DNA of 64,000 nucleotides from Patescibacteria group bacterium (GCA_034002925.1 JAVEZP010000004.1:16626-80625), one strand, 5' to 3'; numbered from the stretch's first letter, positions 1 through 10,115 are shown. Numbers and translations: made by a program. Notes: generated by a model not told the origin, from the letters alone.

Positions 1-1814
1 ATTTAGAACAAGCCTTAAAAGCAAGGGTGCTTTTTAAAAGAGATAAAGATTACGTAGTAAAAGATGATGAGATTATTATTGTTGATGAATTTACCGGTCG
101 AATGATGCCTGGTCGTCGCTATAGTGAAGGCTTACACCAAGCTATCGAGGCTAAAGAGGGCGTGAAGGTACAAAAAGAATCACAAACAATGGCAACAATC
201 ACTTTCCAGAATCTTTTTAGGATGTATAACAAGTTATCTGGTATGACCGGTACCGCTTTAACTGAAGCAGAAGAATTCTATAAAATCTATAATTTAGAAA
301 CGGTAGTGATTCCAACCAATAAACCTAATATCAGAAAAGATTTAAATGATTTAATCTATCGTACTGAAGAAGATAAGTTTGCGGCGGTGATTCGTGATAT
401 TAAAGAGAGAAATAAGACCGGACAACCAATTTTAATTGGTACCATTTCCATTGAAAAGAATGAGTTATTAACTCAAATGATGGAGCGCGAAGGTTTGCGC
501 CCACAAATGCTTAACGCCAAGAACCATCAAAAAGAAGCCGAAATTGTGGCTCAAGCGGGACGTTTAGGGGCTATCACTTTAGCGACTAACATGGCTGGTC
601 GTGGAGTGGATATTATTTTAGGTGGCAATCCGGATACTGATGATGAAGATGCTGTGAAAAAGGCCAAAGAAGAACAAGTTAAAGTAAAGGCTTTGGGCGG
701 CTTACATGTGATTGGTACAGAACGTCATGAGTCACGTCGCATTGATAATCAGTTACGTGGTCGTGCTGGTCGTCAAGGAGATCCTGGTTCTTCACAATTT
801 TATGTCTCTACTGATGATGATCTAATGCGTATTTTTGGTGGTGATCGTATGAAGTCAATGATGAACACCTTGAAACTACCACCAGATGTACCTATTCAAA
901 ATAAAATGATTTCCCGCTCTTTAGAGTCAGCTCAAAAGAAGGTGGAAGGAAATAATTTTGATTTAAGGAAACATTTAGTGGAGTATGATGATGTTATTAA
1001 TAAGCATCGTGAAGCTATTTATCGTCGTCGTCGTGAGATTTTAGAGGCGGCGGAAAAGGAAATAACAGAAGGAGAATCTGGTGCTTTAGAGAAATTGAAT
1101 GTCATTGTTGCTGAACAAACAAAAGAAGAAATCACTAAAGTGGTTAGCTTTCATACTAGTGCAGAAAAAAGCGGTGATTGGAATTTAAAAGAAATTGCGG
1201 AAACGATGAAAGCAATGTTAAATCTTGAAAAGCAGGAAGAAAAGTTAAAAAGCTTAATCGTTAACGATTTAGAAGCTAGTCGCCAAGCAATTATTAATTA
1301 TTTTCAAGAACAAGCGCAAACTGTTTATCAAAATCTTTTAGATAAATTTGCTCAAGCGGGAATTAATTTTTTAGAAATTGCGAAAAGCATGCTTTTGCGT
1401 TCAATTGATCAAATGTGGGTGGATCATTTAGAGACTATGGATTATATGCGTCGTGGTATCGGTTTACGTGGCTATGGGCAACGCGATCCTTTGGTAGAGT
1501 ATAAGAAAGAAGCCTATCGTCTTTATCATGAGCTCTTAGATTTGGTTCGTCAACAATTAGTCTATTCTATCTATCGAACGGGCGATGCTTTAAATATGGC
1601 TCCTAGCGCCCTGATGCAAATGAGCGCTAATAATCAACCCCAAAATCTTAAATTAGAAGGTGCGCCAAAAGAGATGGCTAAAATGAGCGCCAAGCGTGAT
1701 AATTTTGATTTAGTGAGAGAAAAGACTAAAGATGAAAGCGGTAAGACGGTGGGTAGAAATGACCCCTGTCCTTGTGGTAGTGGTAAAAAGTTTAAGAAAT
1801 GTTGTGGGCAGTAA
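1..1814 (+). CDS. secA: Preprotein translocase ATPase SecA (5'-truncated by window edge)
   Basis: Reading frame is open from position 3. SecA motor motifs are present (TNMAGRGVDIILGG, GLHVIGTERHESRRIDNQLRGRAGRQGDPG), as is the C-terminal zinc SEC-C motif DPCPCGSGKKFKKCC. Confidence 0.95.
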   Translation, partial: LEQALKARVLFKRDKDYVVKDDEIIIVDEFTGRMMPGRRYSEGLHQAIEAKEGVKVQKESQTMATITFQNLFRMYNKLSGMTGTALTEAEEFYKIYNLETVVIPTNKPNIRKDLNDLIYRTEEDKFAAVIRDIKERNKTGQPILIGTISIEKNELLTQMMEREGLRPQMLNAKNHQKEAEIVAQAGRLGAITLATNMAGRGVDIILGGNPDTDDEDAVKKAKEEQVKVKALGGLHVIGTERHESRRIDNQLRGRAGRQGDPGSSQFYVSTDDDLMRIFGGDRMKSMMNTLKLPPDVPIQNKMISRSLESAQKKVEGNNFDLRKHLVEYDDVINKHREAIYRRRREILEAAEKEITEGESGALEKLNVIVAEQTKEEITKVVSFHTSAEKSGDWNLKEIAETMKAMLNLEKQEEKLKSLIVNDLEASRQAIINYFQEQAQTVYQNLLDKFAQAGINFLEIAKSMLLRSIDQMWVDHLETMDYMRRGIGLRGYGQRDPLVEYKKEAYRLYHELLDLVRQQLVYSIYRTGDALNMAPSALMQMSANNQPQNLKLEGAPKEMAKMSAKRDNFDLVREKTKDESGKTVGRNDPCPCGSGKKFKKCCGQ

Positions 1815-1833
1815 ATAAAAATATATAAAAGAC

Positions 1834-2394
1834 ATGATTCCACGCGAAAACAACTTTGCCTTTATTGATAGTAATAATCTTTATCAGGGTTTGTCTAAAG
1901 ATATTTTTCAAAATGGTCAACAATTATATTCTGGCTGGAAGTTAGATTATAAAAGATTTCGTAGATATTTGAAAGATAAATATAAAGTTCAAAAGGCTTT
2001 TTTGTTTATTGGCTACATACCAGGACATCAAGCAATGTACACTAAGTTACAAGAGTATGGGTATATCTGTGTCTTTAAACCGACTTTGGAGTTAAAAGAC
2101 GGCAAGGTAAAAGGAAATGTTGATGCTGAATTAGTATTGCATGCCATGATTGAATACAAAAATTATGATAAAGCTATATTGGTTTCCGGAGATGGTGATT
2201 TTTATTGTTTGACTGAGTATTTTATAAAAAATGATAAGCTAAAAAAAGTCCTAGTGCCTAATCAATATAACTACTCTTGTCTGCTTAACCGTTTAAGCTC
2301 TAAATCTAATAATATTTTAATCTTTGTTGGAGATCAGCGTAATAAATTGGAATATAGAAAAATAAAAAAGCTCTCTCAGGGACCAACCCCTTAG
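1834..2394 (+). CDS. NYN/LabA-like (PIN-fold) domain protein
   Basis: AFIDSNNLY near the N-terminus and the LVSGDGDF motif are typical of NYN/LabA domains. Starts 19 nt after the secA stop. Confidence 0.7.
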   Translation: MIPRENNFAFIDSNNLYQGLSKDIFQNGQQLYSGWKLDYKRFRRYLKDKYKVQKAFLFIGYIPGHQAMYTKLQEYGYICVFKPTLELKDGKVKGNVDAELVLHAMIEYKNYDKAILVSGDGDFYCLTEYFIKNDKLKKVLVPNQYNYSCLLNRLSSKSNNILIFVGDQRNKLEYRKIKKLSQGPTP

Positions 2395-2405
2395 AGAACT
2401 TTTTT
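2364..2405 (+). terminator. Putative intrinsic terminator overlapping the 3' end of the NYN gene
   Basis: Imperfect hairpin AAAAAGcTCTCT(16-nt loop)AGAGAaCTTTTTT; the stop codon lies in the loop. Confidence 0.4.
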
Positions 2406-2639
2406 GTCGTGATTCTATAAAAATTATATATCATTAGGAGCTATTTGTCAATAATAAATAAGAGCAACTGATTGTGCTAATATTGAAGGGATACACAAGG
2501 ATTCAGGAACTTGATAACTAATAATTAACTATGAAAAGAACTAAGCTGTTCTATAAATTAAACGCTTATTTAGAATGTTGGATTGAGAAATGAATGTGTG
2601 GTATTGCCATGATAATAATTTCATTAAGATAAATCATTT

Positions 2640-3080
2640 ATGAAAATAACAATTTGTGGCAGCATTGCCTTCTATGAAGAAATGCTAAAAGTGAAAGCAG
2701 AGCTGGAAACAAGAGGTCATGAAGTTCAACTGCCACCTAGCCAAATTAAAAATCAGGCGGGTGACTTAATTAGTGTGGCGGAATATTATCAAATTAGGAA
2801 ATCTGGAAAATTAGATGATTGGATCTGGTTAGCCAAAAAAGAAGCTATGCTTAATCATTTTGCTAAAGAAGAATGGGCTGATGCAATTTTAGTGATCAAT
2901 CAAGAAAAAAATGGTATTTTGGGTTATGTGGGAGCCAATACTTTAATTGAAATGGGCATTGCTATGTTTTTAAAGAAAAAAATATATCTATTATATAATG
3001 TGCCTGATATGGACTGTAGTGAAGAAATTAGAGGTATGCAGCCGATTAGTTTGAAGGGTAATTTAAATTTGATTAATTAA
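2640..3080 (+). CDS. Nucleoside 2-deoxyribosyltransferase-like (Rossmann-like) small protein
   Basis: MKITICGSIAF start and ADAILVINQEKNGILGYVGANTLIEMGIA resemble the NDT-like/YtoQ-type fold. Assignment is by resemblance only. Confidence 0.45.
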   Translation: MKITICGSIAFYEEMLKVKAELETRGHEVQLPPSQIKNQAGDLISVAEYYQIRKSGKLDDWIWLAKKEAMLNHFAKEEWADAILVINQEKNGILGYVGANTLIEMGIAMFLKKKIYLLYNVPDMDCSEEIRGMQPISLKGNLNLIN

Positions 3081-3094
3081 ATTTATTAAAATAT

Positions 3095-3736
3095 ATGTCA
3101 GAGAAACAATTAGATTTTTTACACATCTTTGACGAAGAAATAGAAAAAAAGAATAAAACAGTTGAGTCAGATTTAGAGTATGACTCAGAGGCTGAGGATT
3201 TTGATCTAGAGGAAAATGATCCCTTGGTCTTTGAGGAGGCAGAAAAGCGTCGACGCTTAGAAGCAGAAGCAATAATGAAACAGCAAGAAGTTGCTCAAAA
3301 GCAATTAGATTTGGCAAATTTAAGATTTAAAATTTTAAACAATCAGGAAGAGCTTGGTTTAAGTGATTTTATTCCTTTTATGGGTGAAATAGAGGCTTAT
3401 CAGAAACGTTTATCTGATTTTCGTCAAGCCTACGAAGTGGCTAAAAATGGCCCCGATAAAGAAGCGCTATATCGTAAGTTAGTTAGCCCACAATTAGAAG
3501 ATGAAGAGGATTTTCGAGAGTCCGCTTTGCTTTATATGCGTTATATAAATTTTAAGAAAGAGAAATCTATTAATTTTGATAACTTACAAGGTCAACTGAA
3601 GAAAAAAAATAAGGAAAAGAAAACAAAAGCTGTGACAAAAAAGCATATTCAGAAAAAAAATAGTTTTTGGCAAACCCCCAACAAGAGAGCTGGTAAAGAT
3701 GCGGCGGCGGGAGAATATTTAGATCAAGATGAATAG
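3095..3736 (+). CDS. Hypothetical acidic / coiled-coil protein with Lys-rich tail
   Basis: 213-aa ORF with ATATG start context. E/D-rich N-terminus, K-rich C-terminus, no recognisable domain. Confidence 0.5.
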   Translation: MSEKQLDFLHIFDEEIEKKNKTVESDLEYDSEAEDFDLEENDPLVFEEAEKRRRLEAEAIMKQQEVAQKQLDLANLRFKILNNQEELGLSDFIPFMGEIEAYQKRLSDFRQAYEVAKNGPDKEALYRKLVSPQLEDEEDFRESALLYMRYINFKKEKSINFDNLQGQLKKKNKEKKTKAVTKKHIQKKNSFWQTPNKRAGKDAAAGEYLDQDE

Positions 3737-3773
3737 TAAATATTAGCTGCATTAAAATTAGTAATAAATCTTT

Positions 3774-3800
3774 AAAAATGGCTCAAATAAAGCCATTTTT
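3774..3800. terminator. Intrinsic terminator (A-run/hairpin/T-run)
   Basis: AAAAATGGCT-caaataa-AGCCATTTTT. Confidence 0.6.
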
Positions 3801-3802
3801 GA

Positions 3803-3830
3803 TTGACAAAAGTGAGGGGAGAGGTATAAT
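3803..3830 (+). promoter_or_regulatory. Sigma-70-type promoter for ileS
   Basis: TTGACA (3803-3808), 16-nt spacer, TATAAT (3825-3830), about 40 nt upstream of the ileS start. Confidence 0.6.
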
Positions 3831-3871
3831 TATCCTTATAATCCTATTATAAAATTAGAGATAATTAAGCT

Positions 3872-6796
3872 ATGCTATCTATGAAAAAAGATGATAATTT
3901 AGAGTCAAAAGCGCCCAGTTTTCCGGAAGCAGAAGAGTTGGTTTTGACTTTTTGGCAAGAGGCAAAAATTTTTGATAAATCTTTAGCTAAAGAAGCGCCA
4001 CGAGGTGAATATGTTTTTTATGATGGACCTCCTTTTGCTACCGGTACTCCTCACTATGGACACATTGTGGCTAGTGTAATGAAAGACGTTGTCCCTCGAT
4101 ATCAAACCATGAAGGGTTTTCGGGTTTTTCGTAAATGGGGCTGGGATTGCCATGGTTTACCTATTGAAAATATTGTTGAAAAAGAAATGGGCACTAAGAC
4201 TAAGAAAGATATTGAAGATTTAGGAGTGGATAAATTTAATGAATTATGTCGTTCTAAAGTAATGACTTATGCTGATGAATGGGAAAAGGTGATTGGTCGT
4301 TTAGGTCGTTTCGCTGATTTTGAAAATTGCTACCGCACCATGGATCTTAATTTTATGGAAAGTGTTTGGTGGGTTTTCAAGCAATTATGGGACAAAGGTT
4401 TAATTTATAAAGATTATCGCTCCATGCATATTTGTCCTCGTTGTGAAACCACACTGTCACAATCAGAAGTAACAGAGGGTTATCGAGATATTAAGGACTT
4501 ATCCGCTATTGCTAAGTTTGAATTATTAGATGAAGCTAATACTTTTATTTTAGCCTGGACAACTACGCCTTGGACTTTGATTGGTAATGTGGCTTTAGCT
4601 GTGGGAGATGATATTGATTATGTAAAGCTTAAAGTTGATCAAGAACAATATATAATGGCTAAAGATTTACTAGAACTAGTCATGAAGGATAAAGAGTTTG
4701 AAATTATTTCTGAGTTTAAAGGAGCTGATTTGGTTGGTAAGAAATATAAGCCTCTCTTTAATTATTATTCTCAAGATGAAAGTTTGGACAACAAAGAGAA
4801 TGCTTGGCAAGTTTATACGGCTGATTTTGTCACAACTGATGAAGGAACTGGTGTTGTTCATATTGCTCCAGCCTTTGGTGCTGACGATATGGAACTAGGC
4901 AAAGAAAAGAAATTACCTTTTATCCAACACGTAGCTTTTAATGGTATTTTTAAAGATGAAGTTACGGACTTTAAAGGTTTACATGTAAAACCACTCGATG
5001 ATCACATGGCAACTGATATCGAAATTATTAAATATTTAGCTAAGAATAATTTGCTTTTTCATAAAGAAAAATATGAACATAGCTATCCTCATTGTTGGCG
5101 CTGTGAGACCCCTTTAATTAATTATGCCACCTCTTCTTGGTTTGTGGGGGTGACAAAAATTAAAGATCAGTTACTAGAAAGCGCTAAAGCTATTAATTGG
5201 TCTCCAGAATATATTAAGGAGGGTCGTTTTGGTAATTGGCTAGAGGGTGCTCGTGATTGGTCTATTTCCCGTCAAAGATTTTGGGCCAGTGCTATTCCTA
5301 TTTGGGAGTGTAAAAACGGTCATTATCATGTCGTTTCTTCAGTTAAAGAACTAGAAGAGTTAACAGGTGAAAAAATTACTGATATTCATAAAGATAAGGT
5401 TGATCCTTTGACTTTTGCTTGTCCTGATTGCGGAGAAACCATGCATCGCATTAGTGATGTGATTGATTGTTGGTTCGAATCTGGCTCAATGCCGTATGCG
5501 CAATTACATTATCCTTTTGAAAATAAAGAAAAACTGGAACAAAATTTTCCTGCTCAGTTTATTGCTGAAGGAGCGGATCAGACTCGAGCTTGGTTTTATT
5601 ATTTACATGTTATTGCTGGTGGCATAAAAGATAGTCATGCTTTTCAAAATGTAATTGTAAATGGTATTGTCTTGGCTGAAGATGGTAAAAAGATGTCTAA
5701 GCGTTTACAAAATTATCCCGATCCGGCTGTAGTAATGGATAAATATGGAGCTGATGCTTTAAGAGCATATTTACTCTCTTCACCAGTTATGCAGGCTGAA
5801 AATTTAAATTTTATGGAGAATGGCGTTCAAGAGTCATTGCGTAAAAACGTTATGACCTTATGGAATGTCTATCGTTTCTATCAAAATTATGCCGCTGAAT
5901 ATCAAGGTGGAGAAGTGGCGCCAAAGCATGTTTTAGATGTTTGGATTATTGCAAAGCTCAAACAATTAATTCAAGAAGTTGACGCTGCTATGGAAAGTTA
6001 TAATTTACCGAAGGCCATGCGTCCTGTCACAGCTTTTATTGATGAGCTGTCTACCTGGTATTTGCGTCGTAGCCGAGATCGTTTTAAAAGCGAGGATGAA
6101 CAAGACAAACAAGCCGTATTAGCGACAACTCGTTTTGTCTTAATTAATTTGGCAAAAGTAATGGCACCATTTTTACCTTTTATAGCGGAAAGATTATGGC
6201 AGTCACTAAGCTTAAAAGATTTTAATGAGCGCAATGAGTCTGTTCATTTGGAGACTTGGCCAGAATTAGGAAATATAAATAAGAATGATCAAGTGGTGTT
6301 AGAAAAAATGCTTTTAGTTAGACAAGCGGCTGAAATGGGTCTAGCTGCACGCGATAAGGCTGGTATTAAAATTAGACAAATGTTATCTTGTGCTAATTTT
6401 CAAGGGGGAGCAGAATTGGATGCAGAATATTTAGAATTAATCAGAGAAGAGCTAAATTTGCAAGCAGTTAAATGGCAAGGGGGCAATACTAATTTGCAAC
6501 TTGATTTAAATTTAGAAATTACGCCTGAATTGAAGTTAGAAGGCTATAAAAGGGAATTAGTAAGAACAATTAATCTTTTACGTAAAGAAGCTGGTTTAAG
6601 TGCGGCTGATACCATTAATATTTATATTAAGGCCAAAACTGATCCTATTGCTTGGTTAGGGGTAATTGCTGAAGATTTAAAGAAAGCTACGATTGCTGCT
6701 GATTTGATTTTAGATAAAAATCCTAGTGCTTTAGCGGTAAAAGAGCTAGAGTTAGCGGAAAATAACTTAGAAATTTCTATTAGTAGATTGCTTTAA
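3872..6796 (+). CDS. ileS: Isoleucyl-tRNA synthetase (type-2-like)
   Basis: PPFATGTPHYGHIV (HIGH), KMSKRLQNYPDP (KMSKS), CP1 editing region and Cys clusters. An alternative ATG lies at 3881. Confidence 0.95.
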   Translation: MLSMKKDDNLESKAPSFPEAEELVLTFWQEAKIFDKSLAKEAPRGEYVFYDGPPFATGTPHYGHIVASVMKDVVPRYQTMKGFRVFRKWGWDCHGLPIENIVEKEMGTKTKKDIEDLGVDKFNELCRSKVMTYADEWEKVIGRLGRFADFENCYRTMDLNFMESVWWVFKQLWDKGLIYKDYRSMHICPRCETTLSQSEVTEGYRDIKDLSAIAKFELLDEANTFILAWTTTPWTLIGNVALAVGDDIDYVKLKVDQEQYIMAKDLLELVMKDKEFEIISEFKGADLVGKKYKPLFNYYSQDESLDNKENAWQVYTADFVTTDEGTGVVHIAPAFGADDMELGKEKKLPFIQHVAFNGIFKDEVTDFKGLHVKPLDDHMATDIEIIKYLAKNNLLFHKEKYEHSYPHCWRCETPLINYATSSWFVGVTKIKDQLLESAKAINWSPEYIKEGRFGNWLEGARDWSISRQRFWASAIPIWECKNGHYHVVSSVKELEELTGEKITDIHKDKVDPLTFACPDCGETMHRISDVIDCWFESGSMPYAQLHYPFENKEKLEQNFPAQFIAEGADQTRAWFYYLHVIAGGIKDSHAFQNVIVNGIVLAEDGKKMSKRLQNYPDPAVVMDKYGADALRAYLLSSPVMQAENLNFMENGVQESLRKNVMTLWNVYRFYQNYAAEYQGGEVAPKHVLDVWIIAKLKQLIQEVDAAMESYNLPKAMRPVTAFIDELSTWYLRRSRDRFKSEDEQDKQAVLATTRFVLINLAKVMAPFLPFIAERLWQSLSLKDFNERNESVHLETWPELGNINKNDQVVLEKMLLVRQAAEMGLAARDKAGIKIRQMLSCANFQGGAELDAEYLELIREELNLQAVKWQGGNTNLQLDLNLEITPELKLEGYKRELVRTINLLRKEAGLSAADTINIYIKAKTDPIAWLGVIAEDLKKATIAADLILDKNPSALAVKELELAENNLEISISRLL

Positions 6797-6862
6797 ATTT
6801 TAGACAAAAATTTAAAAATCTGCTATAATAATGAGACATTTTATAAATTAATTAATAAATTT

Positions 6863-7420
6863 ATGACCACTTGGATTATTCTTGGTGCCATTATCTTGTT
6901 TGTATTAGTTTTGGTTGCTATTTATAATAATTTAATTCGTTCTAAAAATAGAGTTGATGAAGCTTGGAGCGATATTGATGTGCAATTAAAGCGTCGCCAC
7001 GACTTAATTCCTAATTTAGTGGAAACGGTTAAAGGCTATGCTGCTCATGAGCAAGGAACTTTTGAAAAAGTAATTGAAGCACGTAGTAATGCTATGGCTG
7101 CTCAAGATAGCAAAGATCCAAAAGCGGTGGAACAAGCAGAAAATGCTTTATCTTCAACTTTAAAATCTATTTTTGCTTTAGCAGAAAATTATCCAGATTT
7201 AAAAGCTAATCAAAACTTTTTAGAATTACAAAGAGAATTAACTGACACTGAAGACAAAGTAATGGCTGCTCGTCGTTTCTATAATGCTAATGTGCGCGAC
7301 TTTAATACTAAGTTACAAGTAGTGCCAACTAATATTTTTGCAAAACAGCTAGGTTTTAAGGCTTATGAGTTTTTTGAGGCAGCTGAAAATGAAAAGGAGA
7401 CAGTGAAAGTAGAGTTTTAA
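6863..7420 (+). CDS. lemA: LemA family membrane protein
   Basis: N-terminal TM helix followed by NNLIRSKNRVDEAWSDIDVQLKRRHDLIPNLVETVKGYAAHE, the LemA signature region. Confidence 0.9.
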   Translation: MTTWIILGAIILFVLVLVAIYNNLIRSKNRVDEAWSDIDVQLKRRHDLIPNLVETVKGYAAHEQGTFEKVIEARSNAMAAQDSKDPKAVEQAENALSSTLKSIFALAENYPDLKANQNFLELQRELTDTEDKVMAARRFYNANVRDFNTKLQVVPTNIFAKQLGFKAYEFFEAAENEKETVKVEF

Positions 7421-7444
7421 TCATCAATCTTTAATTTAAATTAT

Positions 7445-8200
7445 ATGATCTATTATATTATTATCTTTTTGGTGATTGTGGTTTTGGCTTGTTTAAAGCA
7501 AGTCAATCAATATGAACGCGGAGTGGTTTTTACCATGGGTCGTTATTCTTATGTCATGAATCCAGGTTGGAGACTATTAATTCCTGTTTTTCAGAGTTTT
7601 CATAAAGTAGATATTAGGGTCAAGGCAGTAGATGTGCCTGATCAAAAAGCCATTACTAGAGATAATGTGCCAGTGATGGTTAATGCCGTTATTTATTACA
7701 AAGTTTCAGCTGCTGAAAAAGCTGTCATTGAAGTGGAAAATTTTCAATATGCGATTTCTCAATATGCTCAAACTACAATGCGTAATATTGTCGGCGAGGT
7801 TACTCTAGATGAATTATTAAGTCAAAGAGACAAGATTGCTGAGCGTATTAGAGATATTGTTGATAAGGAAACCGATGACTGGGGCTTAAAAGTTAACAAT
7901 GTTGAGTTAAAGGATGTATCCGTGCCAGAAGCCATGGAAAGAACTATGGCTAAGCAAGCCGAGGCCGAAAGAGAAAAAAGGGCAGTGATTATTAATTCTG
8001 AAGGTGAATTAGCAGCTTCATCAAATATTGCTCAAGCAGCTAAAACCTTAGCTGAAACTCCAGGCGCTTTACACTTACGCACTCTGCAATCTATTAATGA
8101 TATTTCTTCTGATCAATCAAATACGGTAATCTTTATGACCCCCTTAGAAGTACTTAAAGCCTTTGATGGTTTTGCAAAAAAAAGTTCAGGTGATAAATAA
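7445..8200 (+). CDS. SPFH/Band-7 (stomatin-like) protein
   Basis: N-terminal TM helix; YERGVVFTMGR, and the ITRDNVPVMVNAVIYYKV and AEAEREKRA regions typical of the SPFH domain. Confidence 0.9.
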   Translation: MIYYIIIFLVIVVLACLKQVNQYERGVVFTMGRYSYVMNPGWRLLIPVFQSFHKVDIRVKAVDVPDQKAITRDNVPVMVNAVIYYKVSAAEKAVIEVENFQYAISQYAQTTMRNIVGEVTLDELLSQRDKIAERIRDIVDKETDDWGLKVNNVELKDVSVPEAMERTMAKQAEAEREKRAVIINSEGELAASSNIAQAAKTLAETPGALHLRTLQSINDISSDQSNTVIFMTPLEVLKAFDGFAKKSSGDK

Positions 8201-8202
8201 TT

Positions 8203-9111
8203 ATGACTAATTTGTATAATTACAGTGCTGTTAATAAAAGAAAAACCTGGTTGCTAATGACCGGGTTTTTCATCTTTATTATAGTGGCCGCTTATTTCAT
8301 TTCTTTGGCCACGGACATGCCTGAAATTTTATTGATAGCTGTTATTCTAAGTGTCGTTATGAGTTGGACTAGTTATTGGCATAGCGACAAAATGGTTTTA
8401 GCTGTAGCTGGGGCTAAAGAAATTAAAAAAATAGATTCACCAGAATTATATCGTTTAGTAGAAAATTTATGTATTACTGCAGGCTTACCTGTGCCTAAAA
8501 TTTATATTATCAATGATCCCGCTCCTAATGCTTTTGCTACTGGTCGTAACCCTCAACACGCCGCCATCGCTTTTACCAGTGGTATTTTAGGTAAATTAGA
8601 GAAGGTGGAATTAGAAGGGGTTGTGGCGCACGAACTTTCTCATATTGGTAATCGTGATATCTTAATTGCTACTATTGCTACTACTTTATTGGGCGTGATT
8701 GTTCTTTTATCTGATTTATTCTGGCGCTGGTCTTTATTTGGTGGTCACAGTCGAGATGATGATCGCAAAGATGGGCGCATTACTTTGGTGATTACTATTA
8801 TTGCTTTAGTCTTTGCAATTTTAGCACCTCTATTTGCTCAATTATTGCAGTTAGCTATTTCTCGTAAAAGAGAATTTGCGGCTGATGCTGACGCTGCTCT
8901 TTTGACGCGCTACCCCGAGGGTTTAGCCCGAGCTTTGGAAAAAATTAGTCGTGATACAGCTATGCCGACAAGAACGATTAATAAGGCGACGGCTCACATG
9001 TATATTGCTTCTCCTTTAAAAGCTAAAGAACAGAACGCTTCTTGGTTTAATAAATTATGGCAGACACATCCGCCGGTAGGGGAAAGGATTGCGCGTTTAC
9101 GTGGTCTCTAA
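8203..9111 (+). CDS. htpX: M48 zinc metalloprotease HtpX
   Basis: HELSHIGNRD (HExxH), four TM segments, C-terminal THPPVGERIARL. Confidence 0.85.
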   Translation: MTNLYNYSAVNKRKTWLLMTGFFIFIIVAAYFISLATDMPEILLIAVILSVVMSWTSYWHSDKMVLAVAGAKEIKKIDSPELYRLVENLCITAGLPVPKIYIINDPAPNAFATGRNPQHAAIAFTSGILGKLEKVELEGVVAHELSHIGNRDILIATIATTLLGVIVLLSDLFWRWSLFGGHSRDDDRKDGRITLVITIIALVFAILAPLFAQLLQLAISRKREFAADADAALLTRYPEGLARALEKISRDTAMPTRTINKATAHMYIASPLKAKEQNASWFNKLWQTHPPVGERIARLRGL

Positions 9112-9134
9112 AATTGTAATTTAATTTTAAATTT

Positions 9135-10085
9135 ATGAATACACAAGATATATATAATTTAGCCATTGATTTAGGCATTAAAAATGATTTACGAGGCGAA
9201 GATAGGGTTCGTCGTTTATTAGTTAAGAATAAAAAAAAGAAGGAAGAATTATCTCCTAAAGAATTAGCCACTTTTGATGATGAAAGTTTAACTAATCCTT
9301 ATTCTGATTCGCGTATTTTAAATTTAGCTAATGATAAGCCAATTAAAAAGATTTTAGTTGGTATTGATATTGAATCTCCAGAATTAATGTTTGCGCAGCA
9401 GCGTGGTGATATTGATTTAGTAATTGCTCATCATCCCGAAGGGATTGCTTTAGCTGATTTGTCAACCGTGATGCACTTACAAGCAGAAGTTTTAGCACAA
9501 CATGGTGTGCCAATTAATATCGCTGAGTCAGTGATTCAGCCCCGTATTTCTGAGGTAAATCGTGGGGTTAGTCCGATTAATCATCAACGATCAGTGGATT
9601 TTGCGAAGTTGTTGCAACTAAATTTTATGTGCTTACATACTCCCGCTGATAATATGTCCGCTAACTTTGTTACTACCGCCATTGCGGAGAAGGGAGAAGA
9701 ATTAGAGACGGTCGGTGATTTGATGGAATTTTTATTAGAGATTCCAGAATATGCGGCTGCTTTAAAGTTAAAAGCGGGACCAAAAATCTTTGCTGGTAGT
9801 GCTGAGCGTAGTTTAGGGAAGGTGGTAGTGACAGAGTTTACCGGTGGTACTAATGGTTCCAAAGATATTTATGAAAGAATGGCTCAGTATGGCATTGGTA
9901 CTATTGTGGGCATGCATATGAGTGAAGAGCATCGCAAAGAAGCAGAAAAACATCACATTAATGTCATTATTGCCGGGCACATGTCTTCTGATTCTTTGGG
10001 CATGAATTTATTGTTAGATGAGATTGAGAAACAGGGGATAGAGGTGGTGCCAATTTCTGGCTTAATTAGAATCAAGCGTTTTTAA
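9135..10085 (+). CDS. NIF3-like (DUF34) metal-binding protein, tentative
   Basis: DLVIAHHPEG, CLHTPADN and IIAGHMSSDSLG resemble NIF3 metal-ligand motifs. Weak by-eye call. Confidence 0.45.
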   Translation: MNTQDIYNLAIDLGIKNDLRGEDRVRRLLVKNKKKKEELSPKELATFDDESLTNPYSDSRILNLANDKPIKKILVGIDIESPELMFAQQRGDIDLVIAHHPEGIALADLSTVMHLQAEVLAQHGVPINIAESVIQPRISEVNRGVSPINHQRSVDFAKLLQLNFMCLHTPADNMSANFVTTAIAEKGEELETVGDLMEFLLEIPEYAAALKLKAGPKIFAGSAERSLGKVVVTEFTGGTNGSKDIYERMAQYGIGTIVGMHMSEEHRKEAEKHHINVIIAGHMSSDSLGMNLLLDEIEKQGIEVVPISGLIRIKRF

Positions 10086-10088
10086 GCA

Positions 10089-10115
10089 AATACCCCGCTA
10101 TTCGGGGTATTTTCT
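10089..10115 (+). terminator. Intrinsic terminator
   Basis: TACCCCG-ctatt-CGGGGTA followed by TTTTCTT. Confidence 0.65.

Noticed and set aside
2395-2639. tRNA, small RNA or a small ORF in the 245-nt gap (for example the 20-codon ORF at 2531-2593).
   Set aside because: I could find no cloverleaf-compatible stems or conserved RNA motifs (RNase P, SRP, tmRNA signatures). The mini-ORFs lack supporting features. No tRNA or rRNA was seen in any intergenic region of the window.
3831-3871. T-box or other riboswitch leaders upstream of ileS, proS or alaS.
   Set aside because: Leaders are far too short: about 35 nt for ileS, with proS and alaS only 5-26 nt from the preceding genes.
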